A DNA stretch of 64,000 nucleotides from Eledone cirrhosa (Eukaryota). This document shows, one piece after another, positions 30,345 through 43,482 of this stretch. The notes under the pieces were generated by a model, which worked only from the letters and a program-made list of their open reading frames with translations, was not told the origin of the DNA and made no database searches. The position numbers and the translations under genes are program-made. Each line of letters opens with the position of its first letter. Position 1 is the first letter of the stretch. The stretch lies in assembly GCA_964016885.1 (NCBI GenBank), contig OZ024742.1:155124001-155188000 (forward strand), written 5' to 3'.

Positions 30345-32400
30345 GCAATTTAAGTATTTCTGAACTCCAGGTCAACGACTAAAAGAAAATCAAACAAGTT
30401 ATAGATTCCTGAACTCTTATGTCTGGAAATATATGGGACAAATTACATAATGTGAAAGACGTTTTCCGTATGTAATATGTTTTGCAAAACAAAATTAGAA
30501 GGTCGAGATGTGTGGGCTAGAAAAACGGTAGAACAATTCCAGCTGTCTCTGAGGCGCAGATACTTCTATACTAATAGAAATGTCAAAGTGAGTAGAATGT
30601 AGCTATATGTACAAAAGGCTGATATTTGCTGGTAAGTACCCCCATTACAAATGATTCGGCGTGTTGTTCCAGTGTTGACCTTACATGTTCTTCCAATCGT
30701 AATAACGAAAAAATGAATTTTGATGATAAAACAGTTGCTATGATATGGCGACGAGATGGTTGTTATACTTGATCAGCGATTGGAATGTAGTTTCCAGTCC
30801 TAAATTGGATATTTCATAAGGCAACTTCAAATAACCTTGAATTAGGAACGTTATAGTTCTCGGATTTTGTATCGATCGGAACAATAAAAGTATGATATAG
30901 AACCTAACGATGTTGTTATTTCTCCGAAAAATATTCCTAAGGATGTATTTATTTATTTGGTTTTTAATATTTATATACATATTATAGTTATTGATTGGTA
31001 AACGTTGTAAAAGAAACATATATCATCGCTGTACGTGGTTCCGAATCTTGTATCAATTACCCACTTTGTGTATTAGTAATTCCATTTAGCTACGCAAAGG
31101 AACGTAACATAATCTTTTTCCCCTTTGCTGAATATTTTCCAACATTTGAAAGACATACTCGAAACCTATTAACTAATATAGTTATCTCCGTCGTGAAAGA
31201 GATAAACACACAGTGAGTCTAATATGAAAAAAATAATAATAAGGAAGCGGGTAATATCCAATTTCCGTTTAACCTCAAAATAATATATATGGGCTTTTAG
31301 TTCTGGAAAAAATAAAGCAATTATTATGAATGCTCTCAAAGCCGGTGGATTAGGGAAATCTAAAAAAACGCCGAAAAAAAAAGTTTTTTCCATACTTAGC
31401 TACGCTTCGTTACATTTGATTTCGAATCCCATGCTCGATAAATCTAACTATGGTATATTATCAATCGATTATGTACTCACCCACAATGTGAGGTTTGTGT
31501 CTTTCTCAGAAATTAATGTTATGTAAACTAATCTGGAGAATTGTTTGCATAGTGAATTGGTAAAGCGCATACATGATTCGTAATAATCATTTTCGTCAAT
31601 GTAACATGGAAGGTGAAATGTGGACAAGGGCAATATATAATCTTTAAAGACTTTGCACAACTCATCATGGAATTCAATATGCTTCAGCATATAGCATTAA
31701 GTGTCAACTAACTGAAGACATTTATTTATGGTTGTATTTCAATTACTTCAAAAATTTACAATTATCAGCTTGGAAGGTAGGAAGGGCATTTCAAGAGAGA
31801 AGCGATTCCTAAAATGTTTACTACCAATATTTCCATGGATTCCAATTCTCTGAAAGATATGTCAACATTACAAGCTTCTAGATCCCATGTACTAAGGTTG
31901 TGTACCACAGGAGCTCCATTGTAGTTTTAATCTATATTGAGATTTAAATCATTTTACTATCCAGAAATATTTAAATATTGAAATAACTCAATCAACCTCC
32001 AAAAGAAACACTGTACTGTTTGCAAGTGGCAATATGAAATCAATCACAGAGTAATTGTTTAGGAGGTGGAATGAAGATGTTTACAATTATGAGGACAACA
32101 TGTAAGTAAAAAAAAATTAGGTGAGACGTTATAATCGAAGCCATTCCAATGCACGAGCTAAATAAAAATGTAAAATCTTCTGAAATGTTCTTATAGCATA
32201 TTGAGAATAATTTAAATAAATATAAATGTTAGAAATTGTAGCCAAATATTTCTAAATGTAGCGCATATAATCAACCAAAAACAAATGTCTTCAGACATGT
32301 AAACATAAGGAACTTGAAGGACTCACAGATACATACATGTTTACACACATGTACAAACACTTGCACGAAAACAATTCATACAAATTTCCCAGACGCATTC

Positions 32401-32444
<44 letters not shown>

Positions 32445-33094
32445 GTAGGTCCCGGATTGAGTCGGGGATAACCACAGTAAGTAAGGTACTCAATACATGG
32501 CAGAGTAAAATATATTTATTGTATAGAAGGAGCTTCTACAGGACTAGTACTGTTTAATTCAGATGAAATCTTCAGGAAGCTGGGTGTCATATTAAGTTCT
32601 GGTATTTATACATTTAGGTAGTGGTAAGGGAGGGGTGGTGGCTGGGGGTGGATTTTGGGGGAAGGATGGTATTTAGATACACAGGACCACAACTTTGGGG
32701 AGTGGTCAATTAGCCAGAGTGCTTTTGTAAAATAAAAGAAAAAGAAAGAGTAAATAAATAAGTAAATAAATAAATAAATGAATAAATAAATAAATAAATA
32801 AATAAATAAATGAATAAATAGATAAATGAATAAATAAATAAAATAAACAAAAACCCCAAGAATAGTAATTCAACAGATATATAGTAGGGAAATTTTTTTA
32901 GGTGGGTTGGTATTAGAAGATAAACAAGACCGAATCTTGGCACAGATTGAGGTGAGTGGTCAAGTTAACATACAAGCTACAGGTGGCCAGAGTGTTTTTG
33001 TAGAATGGAAAGAATAAAATATATGTACATACTCACAACCACATACATAAACACTTACACACACACATATATATGTCTACATCTATATACACAT

Positions 33095-33149
<55 letters not shown>

Positions 33150-33201
33150 AGAAAAAAGCACATACACACAAATATACACACACACGCATACACATACACA
33201 T

Positions 33202-33242
<41 letters not shown>

Positions 33243-33259
33243 TATCTACACATATACAC

Positions 33260-33733
33260 GGCTTCCGTGATTGTGGTAAAGTTCCTGGCGAAGTTAATCG
33301 CGTCAATCAGCAGGCTCTCTGATATGGAGGCGTAGTAGTCCTCGATGTCTAGCTGCAGGAAACGGGTGTTGCTTTTGTCGGGCAAGTCCCGGAACCATGT
33401 GATTGCCTCTGATGTCCTATTCCAGAGTGGGAGGGGTGAGGCAGCACGTAGTCTAGGTAGAATCCTGTCCAAGATCTTCTTACTGACAGATCAGACTTGG
33501 TCGGGTTAATCAGCCGGACCGACGGTTTATTATCAGAGTTGTTCTTGTGGTCTTTCAGGGTGAAGTGTGGGGACTTTACCCTCAGAGGTTCTGTCCGGTC
33601 TTCAAGTTTAAGGGAAGTGGCGATCTTCTTTCCGGCTAAGTTTGTTTCAGTCAAAGTAGTGTCATCAACTTTTTTGTACTTTGCTTTGATGACATTATCA
33701 GCAAGCTTGTTGTAGGTGTCGGGAATAACCGCA
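33260..33733 (-). pseudogene. PLE reverse transcriptase N-terminal fragment (frameshifted)
   Basis: HFTLKDHKNNSDNKPSVRLINPTKSDL / [42 protein letters not shown], typical of Neptune-type PLE RT motifs. Confidence 0.9.
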
Positions 33734-33811
33734 TATGTGTTTATGTGTATGTATTTGTATGTGTGTGTATGTATGCGTGTGTGCATATATATGTGTGTGT
33801 GTATATATATA

Positions 33812-33902
<91 letters not shown>

Positions 33903-34202
33903 GTATGTGTATGTATGTATGTATATATATATACATGTATATGTGTGTATGTATGTATGTGTGTGTGTGTGTATGTGTGTGTATGTATGCATGTGTGTAT
34001 ATGTATGTATATGTATGTATAGTATAGTTTATACTGAGAGACATACATGTATGTGTATGTATATGTGTGTATGTACGCATGTATATGTGTAGATATGTAT
34101 ATGTATATATATATATATGTGTGTGCATGCATATGTATATGTGTGTGTATGTGTATGCGTGTGTGTGTATATTTGTGTGTATGTGCTTTTTTCTTGTGTG
34201 TG

Positions 34203-34257
<55 letters not shown>

Positions 34258-34540
34258 ATGTGTATGTGCGTATAGATGTACACATATATATATGTGTGTG
34301 TAAGTGTTTATGTATGTGGTTGTGAGTATGTAAATATATTTTATTCTTTCCATTCTACAAAAACACTCTGGCCACCGTAGCTTGTATGTTAACTTGACCA
34401 CTCACCTCAGTCTGTGCCATGATTCGGTCTTGTTTATCTTCTAATACCAACCCACCTAAAAAAATGTCCCTACTATATATCTGTTGAATTACTATTCTTG
34501 GGGTTTTTGTTAATTTTTATTTATTTATTCATTTATCTAT

Positions 34541-34571
<31 letters not shown>

Positions 34572-34766
34572 CTTATTTACTTATTTATTTACTTTTTATT
34601 TTTGTTTTATTTTACAAAAGCACTCGGGCTAATTGACCACTCTAAAAAGTTGTGGTCCTGTGTATCTAAATACCATCCTACCCCAAAAATTCGACCCCCC
34701 CCCCTGCCACCACCCCTCCCTTACCACTACCTAAATGTATAAATACCAGAACTTAACATGACACCC

Positions 34767-34817
34767 AGCTTCCTGAAGATTTCATCTGAATGAAACAGTA
34801 CTAGTCTTGTAGAAGCT
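34767..34817 (+). ncRNA. Type I hammerhead ribozyme in PLE tail
   Basis: AGCTTC-CTGAAGA-T TTC ATCT GAA T-GAAA-CAG TACTAGTC TTG-TA-GAAGCT; 6-bp stem I; predicted cleavage after GUA at 34811. The mirror copy at 32531-32581 (-) has GAAA changed to TAAA. Confidence 0.8.
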
Positions 34818-34828
34818 CCTTCTATACA

Positions 34829-34860
<32 letters not shown>

Positions 34861-35354
34861 TCATACATACACATACTTTCACACACACACATAAATCTTC
34901 ATACACCACAGACATACCCATCCACATTTCACAAACCACACCCATACACAGAAGTAATACATTATAAAGATGAAATACAAATCTATCAACACAGACATAT
35001 AGCAGCCATGACAAATCGGGCCTCTGCAACTAGGCTCTGACGTGCGCACGCCGGAATACCGGCCACCAAACCTCGGCTACATTAAAAGTGTTTTCTTTTT
35101 ATTTTACATTTTCCAAATACCGTTTCAGTCTTCACTCTTTCATTCTCCCTCCTCCCTCCTCTCTCTCTTTCATGCTAACCCCCTCCCTCTAATTTTGTAA
35201 CTTGCAAAAGAAGATTTCCGTCCAAATATTTGAAACTCTCGTGAAACCCTCTTGTATTGAAGCTTGAATCTAATAATACTTTGCCCTGTTGCATCACTGT
35301 ATGTTTTGTTATTCCTGAATTATATAAATATATATATATATAAATATGTATATA

Positions 35355-35572
35355 TATTTATTAAAATAACAGATTAATGTTTAAGCAAAGAATCGCTGCT
35401 TTCACTCTTAACAAAATCTTGTGAAGATCCCGTTAAGGGTGAAAGCAGCGATTCTTTGCTTAAAGTTTAATCTGTTATTTTAATAAATATTCGCTCTACG
35501 GTTCTTATATATTTGACATATATTTTTCCTATGGAGCCCTCTTTGGATGTTAGCCTTCAAATTTATTATTAT

Positions 35573-35575
<3 letters not shown>
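35355..35575 (+). mobile_element. Short fold-back PLE tail end with decayed hammerhead
   Basis: Arms ~35355-35412 and ~35432-35490; GTGAAGA-TCCC-GTTAA-GGGT-GAAA at 35421-35444, followed by AATAAA. Confidence 0.65.
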
Positions 35576-35615
<40 letters not shown>

Positions 35616-35813
35616 AGTAACATTAAGAAATATGCTGATGTTACGTAAATCGTTATGGGGTCGATAAAATAAAGTAACTGTAATGCACTGGTTAATCGCT
35701 GGCCTTGTGCCAAAAATAAAAACAATTGTTATATTGAATCTCCATCGTAACTAAACAGCAAATGTAGAGAGCTTACTCCTGCTTCCTCCTGTTTTTACTA
35801 ACAACTCTTACTG

Positions 35814-35904
<91 letters not shown>

Positions 35905-35948
35905 ACATATATATATATATTCGTATATATATATATTCGTATATATAC

Positions 35949-36251
35949 ACATTCCAACCAGGTTTGATGGTCTTTATTCTCTCTCGTTCACGATTTCACC
36001 GAACTTATATTCATGGAAATTTGGGACTTGACTCGTTCTTCCTCACATTTCGTTGCTTCACCATCTTTGTTGGTTTATACTCTCGCTGTCCCCTTTATTT
36101 ACGTGTCCCAATGACCTTTTTTAGCCGTTGCTCGCACCAACCGGAGGTATATGGTCTTTAAAGCGAAGTTACCTGTGATGGTTGGAAGATCACTGATGAA
36201 GGACCACTTTATTCATATGTAACCCATTTGCAACCACGCAGCACGTTTATT

Positions 36252-36254
<3 letters not shown>
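35949..36254 (+). mobile_element. Repeat fragment between microsatellites (family of 47992-48663), probably a PLE tail
   Basis: Similar to the reverse complement of 47992-48293. Confidence 0.7.
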
Positions 36255-36322
<68 letters not shown>

Positions 36323-38230
36323 ACGGAGATATTATATGTGATGGATTATGGGAACTAATGTAAATAGAAAATCTTCCAATTCTTTTATAGCTAAGTTTCA
36401 AATTTAACAGAAAAAATCAATACCTTACATAATGCTTATTTCTTTGGGTGCCTTTATACGAATGAAACTAAAAGCATACAAATAAAGTAAAATAATTATA
36501 TAAAACACATAATATACAGTAAGACTCAGAACGGAAAATTGAAATCTATTTCCAGCAATTTATATTAATGTAAATTAATGTTTTTTTTTTCTTTACGATT
36601 TACATTTCCACGTTGTTTAACGTTTTGTTGAGTGGGCATAGAAATGAGCCAATATAATTAACAGACACCATGTGAAATGTACTGTTAGATTTTTAACTAA
36701 TTCTTAATAAGATGCAAATGTATTCTTCGGATCACAAAAAACAATTTAGAATAGATTCAAGAAACATAATATAACGTTTAAAATAGTTATATTGTAGATT
36801 TAAAAATAATAACAATAACTACCAATGATTATATAGTCAAATTGTACGTTATGTTACATTGACATTAAAAGAAGTTTGTATATTTATTTTTTGAGGATTA
36901 GTTATAAGGTCCTAGATTTATTCAAATTCGGAAATAAGATTTGCCATGTACATATATTTTCAAGACAATAACCGACAATGATTTCGAAGTTAGACATACC
37001 ATGCAGCACTATTTTAACTAATCATGATTAGATATATGATGTTATTTCATTAGGTTTTTCTGTTTATTCCTAACGCTATTTGATGCTTACTACTCAGCTT
37101 CATATACTATCACGAAAGATTTGAATATTGTATATGATCAAAGACTTTCCAATAGTCACTAGAATCCAACATTGATTAAACGACAATGGCGACCAGGAAA
37201 GGAATTCACTAATAATAAATCTCTCACAGAGAGGTGAGAGAAAATCTTTGGGAGGGATATTATGGACACGTCACATTATTACTTAAAACACATATAAATG
37301 CAAAGGAACAAACTAATGTGTATCAATGTGCTGGATGTTCGAATAGCAAATGACATATACTCTTAGCCGGAGTCTTAAAGAATTGGCAAGTACTAGAAGG
37401 AAAATACAAGAAAACTAATGACAGGAATGTACATATATCATCTGGCAGTTCTAAAGATCCCTAAACTGCAATACGTGAAATGTATTAGAGAGAAAAATCC
37501 ATATACAATACATTTATTTCTGTCACATACTGTACTGACCGTGACGACAAAATGGGATGAGACACTTGTGAGTCTGTAACATTAGTTACCAATTTTAATT
37601 TTTTTCATATTCTTAAAATCTATTCCAGGAAAAAGAAACAGCAAAACCTTTTACTAGTGCAACTCTCCAATCGAGCAATTGAGCAAGTAAACGAGATGCA
37701 TGTTTATGATCGAAATGCAATTCCATATTTAAACAAACTATGCGTACATTGTTTCTGTCATGGAAGTACTCTCCACCTGATGTAGAATTTACAACATATA
37801 CCTAATTAAAAGAGTATTGTGGCACTGAAGAGAGCTTCAGATACATGTCCAATAATAGAATCACCAGCCATGTTGAAAGAGTTTACCATATTGTTTCCGA
37901 CTCGTATATAGCAGATGGTCAGATCTGATGGAACAAATTAACCTGAAATAAATCATGGCTACACATTCTAAAATCTCTAGAGCATTTCGTGAGCTTGACA
38001 TACAGTGCATAAGATGATAGAGATCTTTAATATGAAATGTGTTGCCAACTATTTAAATTTGCAACCCAATTTCAATCAACGTTGGGAATAATTTATGCAG
38101 ATGTTTCTTTCATACTGACATAAACCTGTTCCGAAACAGTACATATCTAATAATATACGTAAATATACATAAATATAATGTCTGTCAAACTAGCAAGATA
38201 TTTCTCTCTATCACTGTCGCTCTCTTTCTC

Positions 38231-38345
<115 letters not shown>

Positions 38346-38543
38346 GAAGGTAAATTGATTTAATATTATCAAGAAACTCATATTACTTTGTTTGTCTGCT
38401 AATGTAGAGAATGGTTTTGAAGTTAATTGTGAAAAGTATGATCTTCATAAAACCTTTATTGGACCTTTTTACGCCATAGAAATCCATTACATATTATATA
38501 TCCATGCATATATGTGTGTATGCACCCACACCCAGATCTGTAA

Positions 38544-38581
<38 letters not shown>

Positions 38582-39407
38582 GGGAGGTACGTATATCTGT
38601 ATGTGTAATTCACTGTTTGTGTATATGTGAGAGTGTCTGTGTATGCGTGCATATATGTGAACAATAAATACATCTCTTTAATTTGAGCTAAAGCTATAGT
38701 TGAAGTAGTAGAAAAAATATCATAAAAAATGAATTCAGTAAAAATAAAAGACATATTGCCAATGTAAGGTGATATGATAAGATGATTCAAGAGTGCTAGC
38801 AAAAATAGATCTTTCCAACAAAACGCTTCGAACAAATATATCTTATGAAACGATCGAGTCAATGAATTGTTCCATAGAAAATATGTAGACAGCTAATTTG
38901 TCAGGAAGAACCACGAATGTTATTTGTATGTCTAGCATTTGGCTCTTCTTATCATGTACGTTTCATCACTATATATATATATATATATATATTTATTTAT
39001 ATATTATATATACAAATTTGTTTGCGCGTATATATATATATATACATATGGAGAGATAGAAAAAGATAATATGTGTGTGTATCCTCATATGTTTCAAACG
39101 TTAACGTGTTTAAGCATGTGAGCGCATAGAATCTGAGAATAGATTCATTTGGTGTTAAATAGATCGGATTTCTTCGCTTGAAAAGTGTACAACAAAATGA
39201 GAACAAACAACTGCTGTATACATGCGGCAACAAAATAAAATTAAGCTAAAGATATTCTTCCAATAAAATGCAATGATGATGATGATTGTGATGATGATGA
39301 GCAAGACCGTCATCTTAAAGAAACAAACATTTTCAGTTGAGTATCACAGAAGCAACTCCATAACTCAACAAATAAATGAGGAAAACCATGCAATTGCCTA
39401 GGTTACA

Positions 39408-39408
<1 letters not shown>

Positions 39409-39438
<30 letters not shown>

Positions 39439-39507
39439 CTTCTTCTTCTTCTTCTTCTTCTTCTTCTTCTTCTTCTTCTTCTTCTTCTTCTTCTTCTTCT
39501 TCTTCTT
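39409..39507. repeat. (CTT)n, about 33 units
   Basis: Seen directly; gives the poly-L/E/R ORFs. Confidence 0.97.
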
Positions 39508-40005
39508 GGAGGCCATGGTGAAAGAGATAGTATGGTGGACACGTTTGAAAGGGCTGAAGACGAGCACTTACCTCTTCGGTGATGACCTGATTAACTTTTT
39601 CAAATTTCATTTGAAAAGGCAAATCAGGGTAGAGAGGGAAGGGTTCTCTTCCCAGCATTTCGTTGAAAGATGGGTGAGAGAAGCACGAATAGTCCAAGTG
39701 AATGGGCCTACTATGTGTATGCGCCTGTAAATTAAAGGTGGACAACTGGGAGAGGGCACTTGCCCTGGTGGTCAGCGTCACCGTAGCTTTTTTAATAGGT
39801 TTTCTCCACGAATGTCCATCGGAAGTCTCCCCCCTATTGGGGAATTTTTTATTGTTTCTTTTTTTGTTACATCCTCTGTTTTTTTTTTTACACACAGAAA
39901 TACCCATTTGTACCGTCCTGTATTGTCGTGTATTGTCCTTAATGTCTTACATTGTGTAAAACCTTGTGGTTAATAAAGAAAGCATTATTATTATTATTAT
40001 TATTA
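39508..40005 (+). mobile_element. 3' end of the L1/Tx1-like LINE family with AATAAA and (ATT)n tail
   Basis: KEIVWWTRLKGLKTSTYLFGDDLINFFKFHLKRQIRVERE matches KEVVWWTRMKGLKTDTFLFGKSLINFF of the 25157-25378 copy. Confidence 0.88.
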
Positions 40006-40240
40006 AAATAAATAAGATATAAAGAAGTTATTTAATGCTTTTCTACATATATAGCATTTTAAACGCTTTCTTCCACAGGATAATACATTTTATCATAAAA
40101 AGAAAATACCAGCCCTATCCCGTGTACACAACTATTCCCTTATAATTATTTTTTTCCCTTTCTATCAAATACATAATCACCCAGAGTCATCGATAATCAA
40201 AAATTAATATATAAAACACAAATATATATATATATATATA

Positions 40241-43200
40241 TGAATATAGACATAGAATATTCGAAAATATTCTGTATGTTTACAATAAACATTTTGAAGA
40301 CCTAATCGCTATAGAATAGAATACGTCACGTATTACAATTAGATTCTCGATAAAAGCAAGGGAAGTAAGTCTACGCGTTTCATTCCAGTTCCTGTACACA
40401 GCTAAGTATTCTATAAGTCTCTAGCTGTGTCATTCTCGATAAAAGCACTGGATATGTAGTCCTGATGAATTCTAACAAGAATGAAACGCGTAGACTTACT
40501 TCCCTTGCTTTTATCGAGAATCTAATTGTAATACGTGACGTATTCTATTCTATAGCGATTAGGTCTTCAAAATGTTTATTGTAAACATACAGAATATTTT
40601 CGAATATTCTATGTCTATATTCACATATATATCGCTATTTCAGAGCATTTATTCCAATTTCTAATTTCTGCCGGACCGGCAACCGCTCTTTCAAACCAGT
40701 TCCTGTACACAGCTAAGTATTCTATAAGTCTCTAGCTGTGTCATTCTCGATAAAAGCACTGGATATGTAGTCCTGATGAATTCTAACAAGAATGAAACGC
40801 GTAGACTTACTTCCCTTGCTTTTATCGAGAATCTAATTGTAATACGTGACGTATTCTATTCTATAGCGATTAGGTCTTCAAAATGTTTATTGTAAACATA
40901 CAGAATATTTTCGAATATTCTATGTCTATATTCACATATATATCGCTATTTCAGAGCATTTATTCCAATTTCTAATTTCTGCCGGACCGGCAACCGCTCT
41001 TTCAAACCAGTTCCTGTACACAGCTAAGTATTCTATAAGTCTCTAGCTGTGTCATTCTCGATAAAAGCACTGGATATGTAGTCCTGATGAATTCTAACAA
41101 GAATGAAACGCGTAGACTTACTTCCCTTGCTTTTATCGAGAATCTAATTGTAATACGTGACGTATTCTATTCTATAGCGATTAGGTCTTCAAAATGTTTA
41201 TTGTAAACATACAGAATATTTTCGAATATTCTATGTCTATATTCACATATATATCGCTATTTCAGAGCATTTATTCCAATTTCTAATTTCTGCCGGACCG
41301 GCAACCGCTCTTTCAAACCAGTTCCTGTACACAGCTAAGTATTCTATAAGTCTCTAGCTGTGTCATTCTCGATAAAAGCACTGGATATGTAGTCCTGATG
41401 AATTCTAACAAGAATGAAACGCGTAGACTTACTTCCCTTGCTTTTATCGAGAATCTAATTGTAATACGTGACGTATTCTATTCTATAGCGATTAGGTCTT
41501 CAAAATGTTTATTGTAAACATACAGAATATTTTCGAATATTCTATGTCTATATTCACATATATATCGCTATTTCAGAGCATTTATTCCAATTTCTAATTT
41601 CTGCCGGACCGGCAACCGCTCTTTCAAACCAGTTCCTGTACACAGCTAAGTATTCTATAAGTCTCTAGCTGTGTCATTCTCGATAAAAGCACTGGATATG
41701 TAGTCCTGATGAATTCTAACAAGAATGAAACGCGTAGACTTACTTCCCTTGCTTTTATCGAGAATCTAATTGTAATACGTGACGTATTCTATTCTATAGC
41801 GATTAGGTCTTCAAAATGTTTATTGTAAACATACAGAATATTTTCGAATATTCTATGTCTATATTCACATATATATCGCTATTTCAGAGCATTTATTCCA
41901 ATTTCTAATTTCTGCCGGACCGGCAACCGCTCTTTCAAACCAGTTCCTGTACACAGCTAAGTATTCTATAAGTCTCTAGCTGTGTCATTCTCGATAAAAG
42001 CACTGGATATGTAGTCCTAATGAATTCTAACAAGAATGAAACGCGTAGACTTACTTCCCTTGCTTTTATCGAGAATCTAATTGTAATACGTGACGTATTC
42101 TATTCTATAGCGATTAGGTCTTCAAAATGTTTATTGTAAACATACAGAATATTTTCGAATATTCTATGTCTATATTCACATATATATCGCTATTTCAGAG
42201 CATTTATTCCAATTTCTAATTTCTGCCGGACCGGCAACCGCTCTTTCAAACCAGTTCCTGTACACAGCTAAGTATTCTATAAGTCTCTAGCTGTGTCATT
42301 CTCGATAAAAGCACTGGATATGTAGTCCTGATGAATTCTAACAAGAATGAAACGCGTAGACTTACTTCCCTTGCTTTTATCGAGAATCTAATTGTAATAC
42401 GTGACGTATTCTATTCTATAGCGATTAGGTCTTCAAAATGTTTATTGTAAACATACAGAATATTTTCGAATATTCTATGTCTATATTCACATATATATCG
42501 CTATTTCAGAGCATTTATTCCAATTTCTAATTTCTGCCGGACCGGCAACCGCTCTTTCAAACCAGTTCCTGTACACAGCTAAGTATTCTATAAGTCTCTA
42601 GCTGTGTCATTCTCGATAAAAGCACTGGATATGTAGTCCTGATGAATTCTAACAAGAATGAAACGCGTAGACTTACTTCCCTTGCTTTTATCGAGAATCT
42701 AATTGTAATACGTGACGTATTCTATTCTATAGCGATTAGGTCTTCAAAATGTTTATTGTAAACATACAGAATATTTTCGAATATTCTATGTCTATATTCA
42801 CATATATATCGCTATTTCAGAGCATTTATTCCAATTTCTAATTTCTGCCGGACCGGCAACCGCTCTTTCAAACCAGTTCCTGTACACAGCTAAGTATTCT
42901 ATAAGTCTCTAGCTGTGTCATTCTCGATAAAAGCACTGGATATGTAGTCCTGATGAATTCTAACAAGAATGAAACGCGTAGACTTACTTCCCTTGCTTTT
43001 ATCGAGAATCTAATTGTAATACGTGACGTATTCTATTCTATAGCGATTAGGTCTTCAAAATGTTTATTGTAAACATACAGAATATTTTCGAATATTCTAT
43101 GTCTATATTCACATATATATCGCTATTTCAGAGCATTTATTCCAATTTCTAATTTCTGCCGGACCGGCAACCGCTCTTTCAAACCAGTTCCTGTACACAG

Positions 43201-43451
43201 CTAAGTATTCTATAAGTCTCTAGCTGTGTCATTCTCGATAAAAGCACTGGATATGTAGTCCTGATGAATTCTAACAAGAATGAAACGCGTAGACTTACTT
43301 CCCTTGCTTTTATCGAGAATCTAATTGTAATACGTGACGTATTCTATTCTATAGCGATTAGGTCTTCAAAATGTTTATTGTAAACATACAGAATATTTTC
43401 GAATATTCTATGTCTATATTCACATATATATCGCTATTTCAGAGCATTTAT

Positions 43452-43457
<6 letters not shown>
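40241..43457 (+). mobile_element. Retrozyme-like element: ~9.9 tandem 311-bp units each with a minimal type I hammerhead, preceded by a 145-bp inverted segment, inserted in (TA)n
   Basis: Unit starts at 40385, 40696, 41007, 41318, 41629, 41940, 42251, 42562, 42873, 43184 (last unit partial, to 43457). 40241-40385 is the reverse complement of 40479-40623. Confidence 0.9.
40456..40499 (+). ncRNA. Minimal type I hammerhead ribozyme (first of 10; repeats every 311 bp)
   Basis: GT AGTC-CTGATGA-ATTC TAACAA GAAT-GAAA-CGCG-TA-GACT T AC: full canonical core, 4-bp stem II, palindromic CGCG stem III, cleavage triplet GUA (cut after 40492). Confidence 0.9.

Positions 43458-43482
<25 letters not shown>

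Larger units (their letters stand above)
32445..34830. mobile_element. Penelope-like element with inverted pseudo-LTR arms (~32517-33258 and ~34080-34830) around an RT fragment
   Basis: The arms are reverse complements, including their internal microsatellites, and each ends in a hammerhead motif. Inserted in (TA)n. Confidence 0.88.

Noticed and set aside
30738-31690. Cluster of 60-90 aa ORFs, including 31469-31690 (-) ending at a gtgagt donor
   Set aside because: No recognisable domain, and an in-frame stop lies just upstream of the 31690 start.
37200-37990. Possible CR1-like LINE relics (also ~21230-21600 and ~31770-32110)
   Set aside because: Too decayed to show a diagnostic motif by eye.
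40385-43457. CRISPR array or plain satellite interpretation
   Set aside because: There are no unique spacers or cas genes and the context is eukaryotic. The hammerheads and the 5' inversion argue against a plain satellite.
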